Virus record (IMG/VR): IMGVR_UViG_3300013113_000097 | Coordinates: 1-52,310 of that record | Reading direction: 5' to 3' (one strand) | Origin: a virus | Taxonomy: Duplodnaviria > Caudoviricetes | DNA: 52,310 nucleotides | Shown here: piece after piece, positions 33,982 to 44,639 of the stretch | How positions within the stretch are numbered: the first letter of the stretch is position 1 | Layout: each line of letters opens with the position of its first letter | Notes under the pieces: model-generated | The model's input: the letters and a program-made list of their open reading frames with translations, nothing else | What the model was told of the DNA's origin: nothing | The model's database searches: none | Made by a program: the position numbers and the translations under genes

Positions 33982-34182
33982 CTAATTTAATAAATTTAAT
34001 AATAGTGTGTTACCTTTCTTAGTGAGTATGTCACGTGTGTCGGCATACACCTTAAGACGCTGTTTTAAATCTTCATTACCAGCAAGTACCTCACTCATAA
34101 TATCTATTGACAGTGAACTATCGTGTAGCTCACCGTCAACAAATTTCATTAAATCTTCATCTGAGAATTTTTTAGTCGTCAT
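33982..34182 (-). CDS. Stand-alone anti-sigma-domain-like mini-protein
   Basis: SDEDLMKFVDGEL......I...LA.NEDL.QRL..Y...R..L matches the N-terminal pattern of ECF anti-sigma factors. Confidence 0.55.
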   Translation of the reverse strand: MTTKKFSDEDLMKFVDGELHDSSLSIDIMSEVLAGNEDLKQRLKVYADTRDILTKKGNTLLLNLLN

Positions 34183-34891
34183 AATATTCGTGCAACCTAT
34201 CTAATATATGCTGTAGGTTGTTATCAATAAATGTTTCTTGTGTGTCCCACATTCTCATAGGACTTCTAATACGCTCATTAACAGTATCTTTAGTCAACTT
34301 AGTTTGATATACATACTTGTATTCCAATAGCTTTTCTTCATCATTATAAGACAGCATTGGTGATTTGTAATCTTCTAAGTTTTTAAGAGGTACTTTCTTG
34401 CAAGCAATGACAGTACTAAAATAACTTTCTACGCCAGTGTTCATAAGCGAACCTTTGACTTTAACCATAGTCTCATTGACCATTTCAGCCTCATTGAATA
34501 TGTCTGAAGTGTGGGCGATAAAGATAATGTTTTTGTTAGAATTAGCTACATTTTGTGCCATCATGTTTTTCATGAACTGTGCGTATTGACCCCATGCTTT
34601 CATTGTATTTGTAGATGTAAGTACTTTAGTACTTTCATACATATCCATTAAGTATGTAAGACTGTCAATGACAATAGTATGTATCTTGTCATTATCTTGT
34701 ACTGAATCAATAGCATCAGGTACATCAGTAGGGTCAGTAATTGTATATTCTTTAAACTTAGATTTAAAAGGCAACTTTTTGTTGTTTTCACAGTTCAAAT
34801 ACATTACACCCTCTGGGTTTTTTAACATTTGTAAGCTTGCAGACTTACCTGTAGCGGATTTACCACATAACAAAACTAGATTGTTATTCAT
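34172..34891 (-). CDS. AAA-family ATPase (N4 gp44-like, Sak4-like)
   Basis: GKSATGKS Walker A, YLNCE, IVIDSLTYLMDMYES, VKGSL and ERIRSP motifs. Confidence 0.88.
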   Translation of the reverse strand: MNNNLVLLCGKSATGKSASLQMLKNPEGVMYLNCENNKKLPFKSKFKEYTITDPTDVPDAIDSVQDNDKIHTIVIDSLTYLMDMYESTKVLTSTNTMKAWGQYAQFMKNMMAQNVANSNKNIIFIAHTSDIFNEAEMVNETMVKVKGSLMNTGVESYFSTVIACKKVPLKNLEDYKSPMLSYNDEEKLLEYKYVYQTKLTKDTVNERIRSPMRMWDTQETFIDNNLQHILDRLHEYYDD

Positions 34892-37035
34892 TATTTATTC
34901 TCCTTCTGAAGTATTTTTTTATCAATTGATCTCATAATCTTTGAATGAATTTCTTCTTGACTAATAGGGTCAGCAATCTGTTCATTAAAAGTTATAAGTT
35001 TGTTTGCAATAGCATCTCTTGGATAGCCATTGTCCATTAGCATAAAGCCGTATCTAATAATCATAGATGCTCTGTTACCTACTTCGATACGGTCAGAGAA
35101 CCATCGCTCCATATTACTCATGCCTTGAGCATCGAGAATTTTTTGTTCTTGCTCGATAGCTTTTTTAGTTTGAGGTATAAATAAAGTAGCATCTAATAGT
35201 TCTCCATCATTGTAAAAGTAATGACCATCATGTGACATCCACTTGCGTGCAATGTCTTTTGTTGCTGTATCGCAATCAAATGGTAACCAGTTAAAGACAT
35301 TCTCCATAAACTTAGAGTAATCTCTTGGTTTAAGTTTTAGATAATGTGACATAGGAAAGATAATCCTAAATCTATTTTCTTTCTCAGTATGTCGTTTAGT
35401 TGTAGCAAATAGTACTTTGTATTCACTTAGTAACTCTTTAGCAGAGTTCAAACTACACTCACCGTCAATGTCTAGTATTAGTAGATTAAAGCCTGGTATA
35501 GCTTTTTCACTACTACGATAGCCATCTAAGAAATTATGAGCAGTATAGTGATAGCCTGCAGTACTAACAAGTTCATGCAAGCGACTAAATTTAGTTACTG
35601 CACCTTCATAATCTTTAGTTATGTCAGTACTGTAAGCTACTTGTATTTTATCTAGATCGGTTTCTTTCAAAGCTTCGCCAGATAAAAACTCAATATCATC
35701 AATATAACTTTTACGAATAATGATATTATTTTTGTAGCCCCAAGCAATAGCCAGTGACAACATATCTTTCTTTTGTGCCTCTGCTCCTCGATAGAATGGT
35801 AACTCTTCAATCAAATCTACTTGAGTAAGCTCTTTGCCTACATCTGCAATATATCTTGCAAGACGGGCATATGAACCTTCTTTGTTAATGATTTTATGAA
35901 ATTGTTTACCTGAGTCTTCTACAAGTTGTATAGCACTATCTAGATGATATTGTGTAATTGACTTGCTACCCTCAACAAATGCGTAAGCACCTGCTAGTTT
36001 CAATGCTTTGTAATAGCGATGTGATAACTCAGCTTTCTTAATATCTTCATGTACTTTTAACTTAGAAGCTCTACCTTCACAATTAATTTTGTATTGAAGT
36101 AAATGAATTGTGTCTTCTTTAGTTAAAGTTAGTACAGTATTAAACTTGTTTCTATCTGCTAAGTTAGTAATAACTTGGCTAATACGTTGTGTGTCTTTAA
36201 CAATATTAGTAGATGTCAAAGCATCATACAACTCTTCTGCTGTTTGTTTCTTAAAGTCATTTAGAGTATTTGTATAACCAAATAGCATTCTACGAGCATA
36301 GCCTGTCTCAAGCATTTGCTTAAACTCTTCTTCTGTTTTGCTACCATCTAATAACTTAGTTGGTGTACCGAACAGCATAAGATTTGTTGGTGTTTTGCCT
36401 ATAAGTTCTTCACCACGCTTGTTGTCAGATGTATTCTTAGTAAGTTTTTGTTTGACTTTACCTACATCATACAACTCTAAGAAAGTATTAAGCATTTCTA
36501 CATTGCTAGTAAGGTTTGAACCTACCTCATCTAACTCTAGATTCATAGAACCTGCGTTAGACATTAGCAATTTAAGTCTCATCTGTTTGACTGCTGGTGC
36601 AGTACCACTGTCAAAACTAAATGCTAGTGTACCTAGAGCATCATATTCTTTTTGTACTTCAGCCATAGCCTCATCAGAAGATAGATTAGGATTAGTCATT
36701 TGACGTCTAGCTGCAATTTGTAGTAATTCTGCATTACTCTCACCAGGCAATACATCTCTCAAAAATCTTGTTCTGAAGCCATCAATGATGTCTTCTTCCA
36801 TAATATTAGTTGAGAAACCTTTGCCTGTACCTGACGGCATTAGATTTAAAACATATGAGTTAACAGGTATAACCCCCCTATCACGTGTTTCAATATTACA
36901 TCGCATCATAGAAGTTACTTTAGATAAGTAATAAGCTACGAGTAATCTAAAAAAGTGACGATTCTGTGATTGTGTTTTAGCGACAAGTATGTCTACAATC
37001 TCTTCAGAGAATTTAAAGTAAGTAGGTTTTGACAT
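34891..37035 (-). CDS. N4 gp43-like DNA primase
   Basis: SGTGKG.S, FDSGT.PAVKQ.R.KLL, DEVGSNL, FLELYDVG.VKQKL.KNT and TTKRH motifs; GAGG RBS favours the MSKPT start at 37035. Confidence 0.9.
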   Translation of the reverse strand: MSKPTYFKFSEEIVDILVAKTQSQNRHFFRLLVAYYLSKVTSMMRCNIETRDRGVIPVNSYVLNLMPSGTGKGFSTNIMEEDIIDGFRTRFLRDVLPGESNAELLQIAARRQMTNPNLSSDEAMAEVQKEYDALGTLAFSFDSGTAPAVKQMRLKLLMSNAGSMNLELDEVGSNLTSNVEMLNTFLELYDVGKVKQKLTKNTSDNKRGEELIGKTPTNLMLFGTPTKLLDGSKTEEEFKQMLETGYARRMLFGYTNTLNDFKKQTAEELYDALTSTNIVKDTQRISQVITNLADRNKFNTVLTLTKEDTIHLLQYKINCEGRASKLKVHEDIKKAELSHRYYKALKLAGAYAFVEGSKSITQYHLDSAIQLVEDSGKQFHKIINKEGSYARLARYIADVGKELTQVDLIEELPFYRGAEAQKKDMLSLAIAWGYKNNIIIRKSYIDDIEFLSGEALKETDLDKIQVAYSTDITKDYEGAVTKFSRLHELVSTAGYHYTAHNFLDGYRSSEKAIPGFNLLILDIDGECSLNSAKELLSEYKVLFATTKRHTEKENRFRIIFPMSHYLKLKPRDYSKFMENVFNWLPFDCDTATKDIARKWMSHDGHYFYNDGELLDATLFIPQTKKAIEQEQKILDAQGMSNMERWFSDRIEVGNRASMIIRYGFMLMDNGYPRDAIANKLITFNEQIADPISQEEIHSKIMRSIDKKILQKENK

Positions 37036-37036
37036 G

Positions 37037-37312
37037 TTATTCCTCGTAAGCACCTTGTTTGCTAACAATACGGTGATAGACACTTCTACTTTTGTTAAGG
37101 TCTAATTTATTATTGCAAAACTTTGTAAATTCAGAATAAGTTTTAACTCCATACTCTTCTTTAAGAGCATATAGTTTTTGAATTTGATCGATTTGTTTAT
37201 CTGTGAGTGGATAATTATCTCGTTTTTTACGAGTTTTAATTTTAGGTATTAGTATCTCTTTGGATTTTTTGGGTTTACTAAACCAATTTTTTATGTAGTA
37301 CCAGGTGTTCAT
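37037..37312 (-). CDS. Hypothetical protein
   Basis: 91 aa, ATGA-coupled to the upstream gene. Confidence 0.6.
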   Translation of the reverse strand: MNTWYYIKNWFSKPKKSKEILIPKIKTRKKRDNYPLTDKQIDQIQKLYALKEEYGVKTYSEFTKFCNNKLDLNKSRSVYHRIVSKQGAYEE

Positions 37313-38292
37313 AAAACTAGTCTCCCTTGTTGTATTAAATTTTTAGCTTGCGTACAGATTTCTGATACTTCACAGTATCTGCAAGCTTTTACTTCGCCTC
37401 GTACAGTAACAACTGTACCTACTCCACCATCATTAGCTAGTCTTAAATTAGCCTCATCTAAACTGTCGTAGTTTTTAGTGGCTCTAGCCATTTTGGCAGG
37501 GTTCTTGTAATATTTATAAACAGTTTCAGATTCCCACAAATCATCTTTGTCACACTCTGGTAACTCTTCTTGTGGTTTATCCAAGTAACTTGTTAATAAA
37601 TCTAATTTCTCAGAAATAAAATGTTCTGTTTGTTCTGTTGACCAAATAGGATATTCTTTTGTTATCACTCTAGTTTGAGGATAACTTGGATCTCTAGCAG
37701 CTTGTGCTGCTGACCAATCAGTAAATATGTATTGGATGTGTACAGCATTGTCTGTAATTCTGTCAGGTGCTAACCATTTGTAGATACTAGCTTGCTGTGT
37801 ATATTTAAGTGCGTTAGAATCAAAGATAAACGACCATACAGACGTACTTTTGTAATCAGATACAGTACCATCTACAACTAAGTCATATTTACCAGAAATA
37901 ATGTAATCTTTTATTTCTTTTTCATGACGTTGTTCTATGTAAATAGGTATTTGACCATCTTCTACCTTATCTGGATTTATAACAATCTTTTCATCTAAGT
38001 TAGATACTTGTAATGCTTGCAATGCCTTACTGATATTGCCTCTATTACTCCAAGCTTTTTCTGCAATAGCATGTATAGCAGAGCCCATTCTAGAACTTAC
38101 TAAGTCCATAATGTCTACAGTCTTATCTAAACCTTTGTTCTGATGAGACAGTATCAATGCTCGTAATGGCTTAAGTAAAGATGTAGCACTAATAACATTG
38201 TCACGTTTGTCGTAATCATAATCGTCATGCATTAGCCATACAGCTAACGGCATAGACACATTGTTTTTGTTGGTATATTTAAATGCCATCAA
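37309..38292 (-). CDS. PD-(D/E)XK exonuclease (N4 gp42-like)
   Basis: LAVWL..DDYDY, ISATSLLKP, GKYD......DYKSTS and C-terminal CRYC....IC motifs. Confidence 0.85.
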   Translation of the reverse strand: MMAFKYTNKNNVSMPLAVWLMHDDYDYDKRDNVISATSLLKPLRALILSHQNKGLDKTVDIMDLVSSRMGSAIHAIAEKAWSNRGNISKALQALQVSNLDEKIVINPDKVEDGQIPIYIEQRHEKEIKDYIISGKYDLVVDGTVSDYKSTSVWSFIFDSNALKYTQQASIYKWLAPDRITDNAVHIQYIFTDWSAAQAARDPSYPQTRVITKEYPIWSTEQTEHFISEKLDLLTSYLDKPQEELPECDKDDLWESETVYKYYKNPAKMARATKNYDSLDEANLRLANDGGVGTVVTVRGEVKACRYCEVSEICTQAKNLIQQGRLVL

Positions 38293-40765
38293 TAATCTCC
38301 TTTATTTTTTCAATACTTGCGTTGTTGGGTAAAGTAAATTGTTTATCCCAAGACTTACCTATTTCTAGGTTAGCCTCCATCTTCACTTCATTTGAAAAAA
38401 TGCTCGGATGAGCATTCCATTGCATCTCTTTAATCAAAGTATCATTAAGAAACTTCACAGACATTGGATCATCCTTGACTAAAAAGTAGGCTGCATCATG
38501 AATTGTGTTGATTGGATATATATCATACACCATATCAGACTGCTCCAAGATATTATTTGTAGCAATAAGAGCCCTATTTATGAGCATTCCCCAGGACTGT
38601 GTTACAGCGTTGTTTGCGCTTCTAGCCTCTGCTACAGCAGCATATGGTGTTAATGTAGTGTTATGTACAGTTGTAGCTAATAATGGACACTTTATTCGTA
38701 GTCCAAATGCACACTCCATGTAGCCATGTTTACCTGCAAAATCTATGTTTTTCTGGGTAAATATGTCAGAAACAGAGTACAAATCATGATACTGTCGTTC
38801 TATGAGTTGAGCTTCTTTTTTCTCGATACCAATGTTAGTAACAAGAGTATGCCATGTACCACTGTAAGTTAGTGCAAAAGTAGGACCTTTTGATTTTTGC
38901 CTAAGTTCTGGATACTTATCTTCAATAGAATTAATGCTTTCGACAGTGTCTTTAATGTCAGGCATTTGATCTTTGAAATAAGTATAAGCTCTTAGACTGT
39001 GACCATCATAGCCATCTGTATACACTTTAATTTTATTTGGGTCTTTAGTTAGCAAAGCATTGACTCTGTCTTCTAGACTACTAAAGTCTGCACCAGCCCA
39101 TAAGTAGCCTTCTGGTGCTTTAAAGCAAGACTTAATAGCTTTACCATAGATACTATTACTAGGCAGATTCTGTAAATTAGGGTCACTAGAACTTAGTCGT
39201 CCTGATTGTGTACCACCTAGTTTTAGACTGCCATGTAAGTAACCATCTTTTGTGTAAGATTTAAATGCTTTGATAAATGTACTTAATATCTTACTAGTTT
39301 GATTAATGCCTATAAGATGTTGTAGTATCTCTTTATGTGATTCTTCTTTAGCTACATGTACCAGTTTCTTAAGAGTTTTAGATCCAGTTGCTGGTTGTTT
39401 AGTATCTGTAAAGTCAATTGGTTCATACTCTAATTGTGTGTAAAACAATTCTCTAATGTTATTATTAGATTTAGGATTGAACTCTAGATCCATAAAGTCA
39501 CTGTAAGGTCTACACTTACGTTTAAGCTTACTATTAACTTCTGTCATTGTTCTATGTCTAAATGCCCAGTTAAACTTTATTATTTCTGGATATTTAGCAA
39601 TAGCTGATACGTGACTATCATGTTTATCTTGTAATTCTTTTTCAACTTCTAGAACTTTACTATCATCGATAGGTAAGCCTACAAGCATCATCTTGAGTAA
39701 TACTTCAATAGATGGTTGAAAGATAGTTGTGTAAGGCTCAAGTAAATCTTCTGCAATAACAATATCACGATATTTGTCATAGACATACCATGTAGCTAAA
39801 CAGTCTTTTAGATTGTATTCTAGTAAGATATCTACAGGTAATTTACTAGCGTCTTTAACATCTACACCATAATTACCAGCAAACTCTAGAGAATTAGACT
39901 TTAGATCTAATTTAACCTCTGTTCTGCTGTTTTTAGCAATGTAGGTATACAACATGCTGTCTTCAACATTTTTAAACGCATATAAGCCTTTATGCATTTC
40001 AACACGAGAACCTGGCTTGTCTGGAAAAAACTGATGAATAATATGTTTGCAGTCAAACAATGCATTATGAAATATCATTGTTCCTGCATACAGTATAAAA
40101 AACTGTCTCAATAAAGTTTTATCTACATCTTTCATGTAGATTACACCACCATTATGTTTATCCCAGGCAAAAGCAATACTAAGAATTTCACTACCTAGAT
40201 GTAATCCTGTAGTTTCTATATCTATAGTCAGTGCAGGTTTCCCCATAAGTTCTACTATGAAATCTTCAGCATCTTCTGATGTCATTACATATCTAGAACT
40301 GTGAATAATGTTTGGTTTTTTAAAACCTGTAATAGCTGTAAGACCTTCTTTAATAAGTTCTTCATTGCTAGGATTGTAGAATAGTGATTTGTAATTAGGT
40401 ACTACAACAGCTTTAAAGTTCTCATAGCCATCAAATTTAGGTTTAAATGTCTCACCATAGCAATCTGTTATCTTAGGTTTTTTGATAAGCCATTTAAAGT
40501 AGCTAGTATCAGCAACAATAAGATTTTCAACAGTCCCTATTTTATTAATCTTAGATAATAGCATTCTAAGATAGTTCTTACCTAGATCTGCTTTTATCTT
40601 ACTATCTTCGTATAATAGACCATAAACTGCAATATTATCTTGATTTAAACCTCTATTTTCTAAAGGCGTAATATAGTGTTTTCTAAGATCACTTTCTACA
40701 ATAGCATCTTCTTTAATTAAGATGAGCGTAGTAATCTCTCCACTACCAAAATGGATATTTCGCAT
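38279..40765 (-). CDS. Family A DNA polymerase (N4 gp39-like)
   Basis: ExoI DIETTGL, HNA.FD, YN..D; GT.SGRLSSSDPNLQNLP; motif A DFSSLEDR; motif B RQKSKGPTFALTY; motif C IHDA. Confidence 0.96.
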   Translation of the reverse strand: MRNIHFGSGEITTLILIKEDAIVESDLRKHYITPLENRGLNQDNIAVYGLLYEDSKIKADLGKNYLRMLLSKINKIGTVENLIVADTSYFKWLIKKPKITDCYGETFKPKFDGYENFKAVVVPNYKSLFYNPSNEELIKEGLTAITGFKKPNIIHSSRYVMTSEDAEDFIVELMGKPALTIDIETTGLHLGSEILSIAFAWDKHNGGVIYMKDVDKTLLRQFFILYAGTMIFHNALFDCKHIIHQFFPDKPGSRVEMHKGLYAFKNVEDSMLYTYIAKNSRTEVKLDLKSNSLEFAGNYGVDVKDASKLPVDILLEYNLKDCLATWYVYDKYRDIVIAEDLLEPYTTIFQPSIEVLLKMMLVGLPIDDSKVLEVEKELQDKHDSHVSAIAKYPEIIKFNWAFRHRTMTEVNSKLKRKCRPYSDFMDLEFNPKSNNNIRELFYTQLEYEPIDFTDTKQPATGSKTLKKLVHVAKEESHKEILQHLIGINQTSKILSTFIKAFKSYTKDGYLHGSLKLGGTQSGRLSSSDPNLQNLPSNSIYGKAIKSCFKAPEGYLWAGADFSSLEDRVNALLTKDPNKIKVYTDGYDGHSLRAYTYFKDQMPDIKDTVESINSIEDKYPELRQKSKGPTFALTYSGTWHTLVTNIGIEKKEAQLIERQYHDLYSVSDIFTQKNIDFAGKHGYMECAFGLRIKCPLLATTVHNTTLTPYAAVAEARSANNAVTQSWGMLINRALIATNNILEQSDMVYDIYPINTIHDAAYFLVKDDPMSVKFLNDTLIKEMQWNAHPSIFSNEVKMEANLEIGKSWDKQFTLPNNASIEKIKEIIDGI

Positions 40766-40778
40766 AATAAGTCCTTAA

Positions 40779-41006
40779 TTAATGAATAGTATCTTTAATA
40801 GTTTCTGAATCTTCAAAGTCATGAAACATACTTAAAAGTTCAAGAGATTTATGCATATACAACTCTGAGCGTTCTTCATAGTAAGCTACTGCATCTTCAG
40901 TATCTACACTGTCAAAGTCTTCGATATTGTTAACTGCTACGTATTTTTCAAAACATAGCGCCTTAGCAAGAGTTTCTACTAAGTATTCTAAAGGTATTTT
41001 ATCCAT
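40779..41006 (-). CDS. Acidic hypothetical protein
   Basis: 75-aa ORF within the operon. Confidence 0.6.
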   Translation of the reverse strand: MDKIPLEYLVETLAKALCFEKYVAVNNIEDFDSVDTEDAVAYYEERSELYMHKSLELLSMFHDFEDSETIKDTIH

Positions 41007-42126
41007 TGTTTAGATAGATCGTCTCGCCTACAGGTTGTACATCAGGGTTATCATCTGTACATATCCATATAATTGGGTAATCTCCTACATCACGAACAGT
41101 GTTTGCATATAAATCAGTAAAATAGATTAATAGATCAGGATTAATTTGATTACAGTGTTCAATTACAGGCTGAAAATCTGTGCCTCCATATCCATGAAAT
41201 TCTAATTCTAAGATGTTATCATACTTTTCTACATCATAAATATTATGTATTTCTGCATCACAATCTATAATAGTTAGTTTTTCAGGTCTGAAAGTTTCAC
41301 GGATATTTTCGATTTCAGTAAGCATTTCAGTTAAATCTTCTTGGCTTACACTACCACTAGTATCAATAGCCACTACAACTTCACCTAAAGTGTAAGAATG
41401 CTGACTAGGTAAGTAGTAATCAGGATAAAAGCGCTTACTAGGTCTAGACCAAGAATAATCATCTTTTGCTAAATCAGACATAAACCTTTGTAATATCTCA
41501 TACCAAGGTAGTTTAGGATTTATTAGATCATCTATAGCTCTTGCTATTTCTCCTGGTATTTCACCTTTGTCTTTATTAGCTATTTTAGACTGTAGATGAG
41601 CTTTAATAACCATATCAGTTATTTTGTCAGATACATCACCTTCATCTAAACCTGGTGGTGGCTCAAGCAAATCTACATCAAAATCACCACCTGGACCTCC
41701 TTCAGGTTCTTCATCTTTAATAATGTTGTAAACTTCTTCAGTGCTCATTTCTGCAAACCTAGGGTCTAGTAAACCTCCTCTTGGGACAGTAATGCCACTT
41801 TTTTCTAACATGTAATTAATAACGTAATCACCTGCTTTATTCCACAGTACTTTATCTCTGTCACCAAGTCTGGTTAAATGATTAAAGGCTACATGCCACA
41901 CTTCGTGTGCCAGTAGCCCAGTACGTTCTTGTGGTGAAAGCTTATCAAGAAATTCTGGATTGTATAGAATAGATATTCCATTAGTACCAGCAGTAGGTAA
42001 CTTGTCAGTAAACTCATGTTTTAGACTTAGACAAATAGTAGATAAGAAGACTGATTTAGTCATCAAATCTATCTTAGCATGTCTAAGTTGAGTATCTGCT
42101 TGTTCGTGTTCCATTGTATTAACCAA
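40999..42126 (-). CDS. Metallopeptidase-like/VWA domain protein (N4 gp25-like)
   Basis: TAGTNG, LAHEVWH, WN.AGDYVIN, DTSGSV (MIDAS), GGTDF and FTD motifs. Confidence 0.9.
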   Translation of the reverse strand: MVNTMEHEQADTQLRHAKIDLMTKSVFLSTICLSLKHEFTDKLPTAGTNGISILYNPEFLDKLSPQERTGLLAHEVWHVAFNHLTRLGDRDKVLWNKAGDYVINYMLEKSGITVPRGGLLDPRFAEMSTEEVYNIIKDEEPEGGPGGDFDVDLLEPPPGLDEGDVSDKITDMVIKAHLQSKIANKDKGEIPGEIARAIDDLINPKLPWYEILQRFMSDLAKDDYSWSRPSKRFYPDYYLPSQHSYTLGEVVVAIDTSGSVSQEDLTEMLTEIENIRETFRPEKLTIIDCDAEIHNIYDVEKYDNILELEFHGYGGTDFQPVIEHCNQINPDLLIYFTDLYANTVRDVGDYPIIWICTDDNPDVQPVGETIYLNNG

Positions 42127-43147
42127 ATAGTTTGTCTGCGTTTTTACTAATCCAATCTTGAATAATAGGATTTTGTTTTAACTCAGGTGCTATAGAATAA
42201 ATATCTTTTAATACAACTACTTGAAACTCAATTGGTAATTTCTTAATAACTATCATAAGAGGTTCAATTGTATCATCATTACAATGATGACTGATAAGAG
42301 TAGTCATTGCATATTGATGTCCTGGTTCATTAGGAATAGTAACCATTGTTGGATTTTCAATCATATCTTCGATAGTAGGTAAATCCTTGTAAACATCACA
42401 GAATGCTCTAAATTCAGTAGCTGGACCTTCACCTACAGTACCTGTAAGAACTGCATGGTCTGTTTTACTAAATTTAACCTTATCTTTAATAATTTTAGAT
42501 AAGAATTCCCATGTACGTGGTGAAGCAAACGTATCGTCTGCATGACTAGGATTAAATTTATGAAGAAGCTCAGGTCTAAACTTAATAAATGATATGACTC
42601 TGTGGTCAATATCTGCTGCATTAGCCCAATCTAGCCAAGCTTCAGGGTCTACCATAAGATTCAAATGAATCATTCTGGATTGCATAGCAGTAGATAGTCT
42701 ATTTACAATAGCTTTATCTGTTGATTTATTACCTGCACATACAATAGCTACACGCTTATGTAAGTTATGAGCACCAATTTGTCTATCTAAGACTAGCTTG
42801 TATGCTGCTGCTTGTATAGATGGTGGAGCTGCATTGATTTCATCTAGAAATAGTAACCAGCCTTCATATCCATCTGGAATTTGGTCTAGTTTTTCTAATG
42901 GAAATGTAGTTGGTGGTGCATAATCCATACGTTGTCCATCACTTTGCAATGTAGGAAAGCCATTCAAATCTGTTGGATCTGATTGTGCTAACCTCATGTC
43001 AATTAGCTTTAGATTATGTTTTTTAGCAACTAGCTTAACAATGTCAGACTTACCAATGCCTGGTGAGCCTACTAGCATAGGTGTTAGTTTTGATAGTAAT
43101 ACACTGTCTAGTGCTTCTACCATTGCAGAAGATGAGATTTCAATCAT
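42119..43147 (-). CDS. MoxR-like AAA+ ATPase (N4 gp24-like)
   Basis: GSPGIGKS, DPTDL.GFP, LLFLDE, AGN...D.A.V and SPRTWE motifs; paired with the VWA gene. Confidence 0.9.
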   Translation of the reverse strand: MIEISSSAMVEALDSVLLSKLTPMLVGSPGIGKSDIVKLVAKKHNLKLIDMRLAQSDPTDLNGFPTLQSDGQRMDYAPPTTFPLEKLDQIPDGYEGWLLFLDEINAAPPSIQAAAYKLVLDRQIGAHNLHKRVAIVCAGNKSTDKAIVNRLSTAMQSRMIHLNLMVDPEAWLDWANAADIDHRVISFIKFRPELLHKFNPSHADDTFASPRTWEFLSKIIKDKVKFSKTDHAVLTGTVGEGPATEFRAFCDVYKDLPTIEDMIENPTMVTIPNEPGHQYAMTTLISHHCNDDTIEPLMIVIKKLPIEFQVVVLKDIYSIAPELKQNPIIQDWISKNADKLFG

Positions 43148-43156
43148 TAGTGCTCC

Positions 43157-43804
43157 TTAATTATTCAATAAGTTTTCAGTTAGTCGTTGTTTAAGATTAC
43201 CTGGTACAGCCACTTCATCTGGCAGTTCTACTGGCAACCTAGTTTGTTTAGGCTTCCTAGGTGGCTCTGGTGGTATGTATTTTTGTAAAGTACTAGGAAA
43301 TACTTTACGCAACTTAGTTGTTGTATTATGGATTTCCATAGTAGTTTCTAAGTATTTACGCATTTGCTTTTTTTCTTGTTGAATTTGATATTCTTCAAGT
43401 CTCAAAGCAAGAACTTCTTCACGCATACCATCTTGTAATGGAATATCAAGCTCTTGAGAATTCCAACCAGTACCTTTTGTCATAACAGGTAATTTAGCAT
43501 CTGCATACTGTGTCCAAGTAGTTTTTGCACAAGTATTATCCCAATTTTCTTCAGCTGTTGTTATTTGTGCTAATTCTCTTGCTTCAAGAGTTAGCTCAGG
43601 AACTTCAAGTCTGATAGTATCACTTGATACAACCATACCATCAGGCAACTGATTGATAATTGGCATTAAAGGTTTAATCCATTCAGAATGGTTACGTAAA
43701 ACTAATGCACCTTTTTTATCAGCAATTTTTTGCATAGGTGCATCATATAAATCTTTAAGAACAGCATCTTTAAGTTCATGCTGTTTTTGATGTGACATTC
43801 TCAT
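43157..43804 (-). CDS. Hypothetical protein, possibly Nmad5-like
   Basis: C-terminal T..KLRKVFP...KYIP pattern. Confidence 0.5.
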   Translation of the reverse strand: MRMSHQKQHELKDAVLKDLYDAPMQKIADKKGALVLRNHSEWIKPLMPIINQLPDGMVVSSDTIRLEVPELTLEARELAQITTAEENWDNTCAKTTWTQYADAKLPVMTKGTGWNSQELDIPLQDGMREEVLALRLEEYQIQQEKKQMRKYLETTMEIHNTTTKLRKVFPSTLQKYIPPEPPRKPKQTRLPVELPDEVAVPGNLKQRLTENLLNN

Positions 43805-43998
43805 GTTGTCTCCTTGGGTTTATTAATAAAGTTAGTTAAATGGCTGGAAGCCATATTTGATCTACGTTGTTTATCACGCACTTTTACAAACTCATCTACA
43901 TAATCCATACTATTAGCTTTTGGATTAATAGGTTCGTAATTATCATTTAAGTAGCCTTTGTCTTTAGCCCACTCAGCATATGCTTTCATTTGTCCCAC
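43801..43998 (-). CDS. Hypothetical protein
   Basis: GTG start with AGGAG RBS, ATGA-coupled downstream. Confidence 0.6.
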   Translation of the reverse strand: MGQMKAYAEWAKDKGYLNDNYEPINPKANSMDYVDEFVKVRDKQRRSNMASSHLTNFINKPKETT

Positions 43999-44007
43999 GA
44001 TATTCTC

Positions 44008-44238
44008 CTAATCGTTTAGTTTTAAAAATTTTCGCCAGATTTCATTGACGATTGTGTAATCAGATGGTGATAATCCTTTCCACCAATTACCATTGACGTT
44101 TAGTAATGTCTTACTATTAGTATCATCAACATTACCATTTTTAGTAACTCCGTATAAATTGCCATCAAAGTCAATATATTCGTCTTTACTTTTTAAAAAA
44201 ATATATTTGCTCATTACATCTCCGCTGTAAAGTGACAA
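44008..44238 (-). CDS. Hypothetical protein
   Basis: ORF within the operon; the start is probably the internal MSKYIF. Confidence 0.55.
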   Translation of the reverse strand: MSLYSGDVMSKYIFLKSKDEYIDFDGNLYGVTKNGNVDDTNSKTLLNVNGNWWKGLSPSDYTIVNEIWRKFLKLND

Positions 44239-44639
44239 TCCTGACCAGGATTCTCATTGAAATAAAGTAATATCTGTGTGCCAAGATTTAATCTTGCATA
44301 GATTGTAAGTAATTCTCTTAAAAAACCTTCATTGATATGAATACCCCATTTTTCTTTATAAAATTCGATAATCATGTCATCGTTGTAACCAGCATTTTGT
44401 AAAAAGAATTCGTTTAAATGTTCGTAATTACCTCTTAATTGACGTTTACAAAGATCAATACCTTCTTTCACCTTGTCAATATCAGAAAAATAAATAACAT
44501 AATCAGTAAAACCTTCATGATAATCACTGTCTGTGTTCTCCTCTGTAATGTCTATTGCACCAAAGTATTCACCATCATCGCTAGACTGTACAGCAAACCA
44601 GAATTTGCCTTCTATGTCGCCATCATAATGTCTACCCAT
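44214..44639 (-). CDS. Phage hypothetical protein
   Basis: MGR.Y.GDIEGKFWFAVQSS.D...FG N-terminus; TAATG-coupled. Confidence 0.7.
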   Translation of the reverse strand: MGRHYDGDIEGKFWFAVQSSDDGEYFGAIDITEENTDSDYHEGFTDYVIYFSDIDKVKEGIDLCKRQLRGNYEHLNEFFLQNAGYNDDMIIEFYKEKWGIHINEGFLRELLTIYARLNLGTQILLYFNENPGQDCHFTAEM

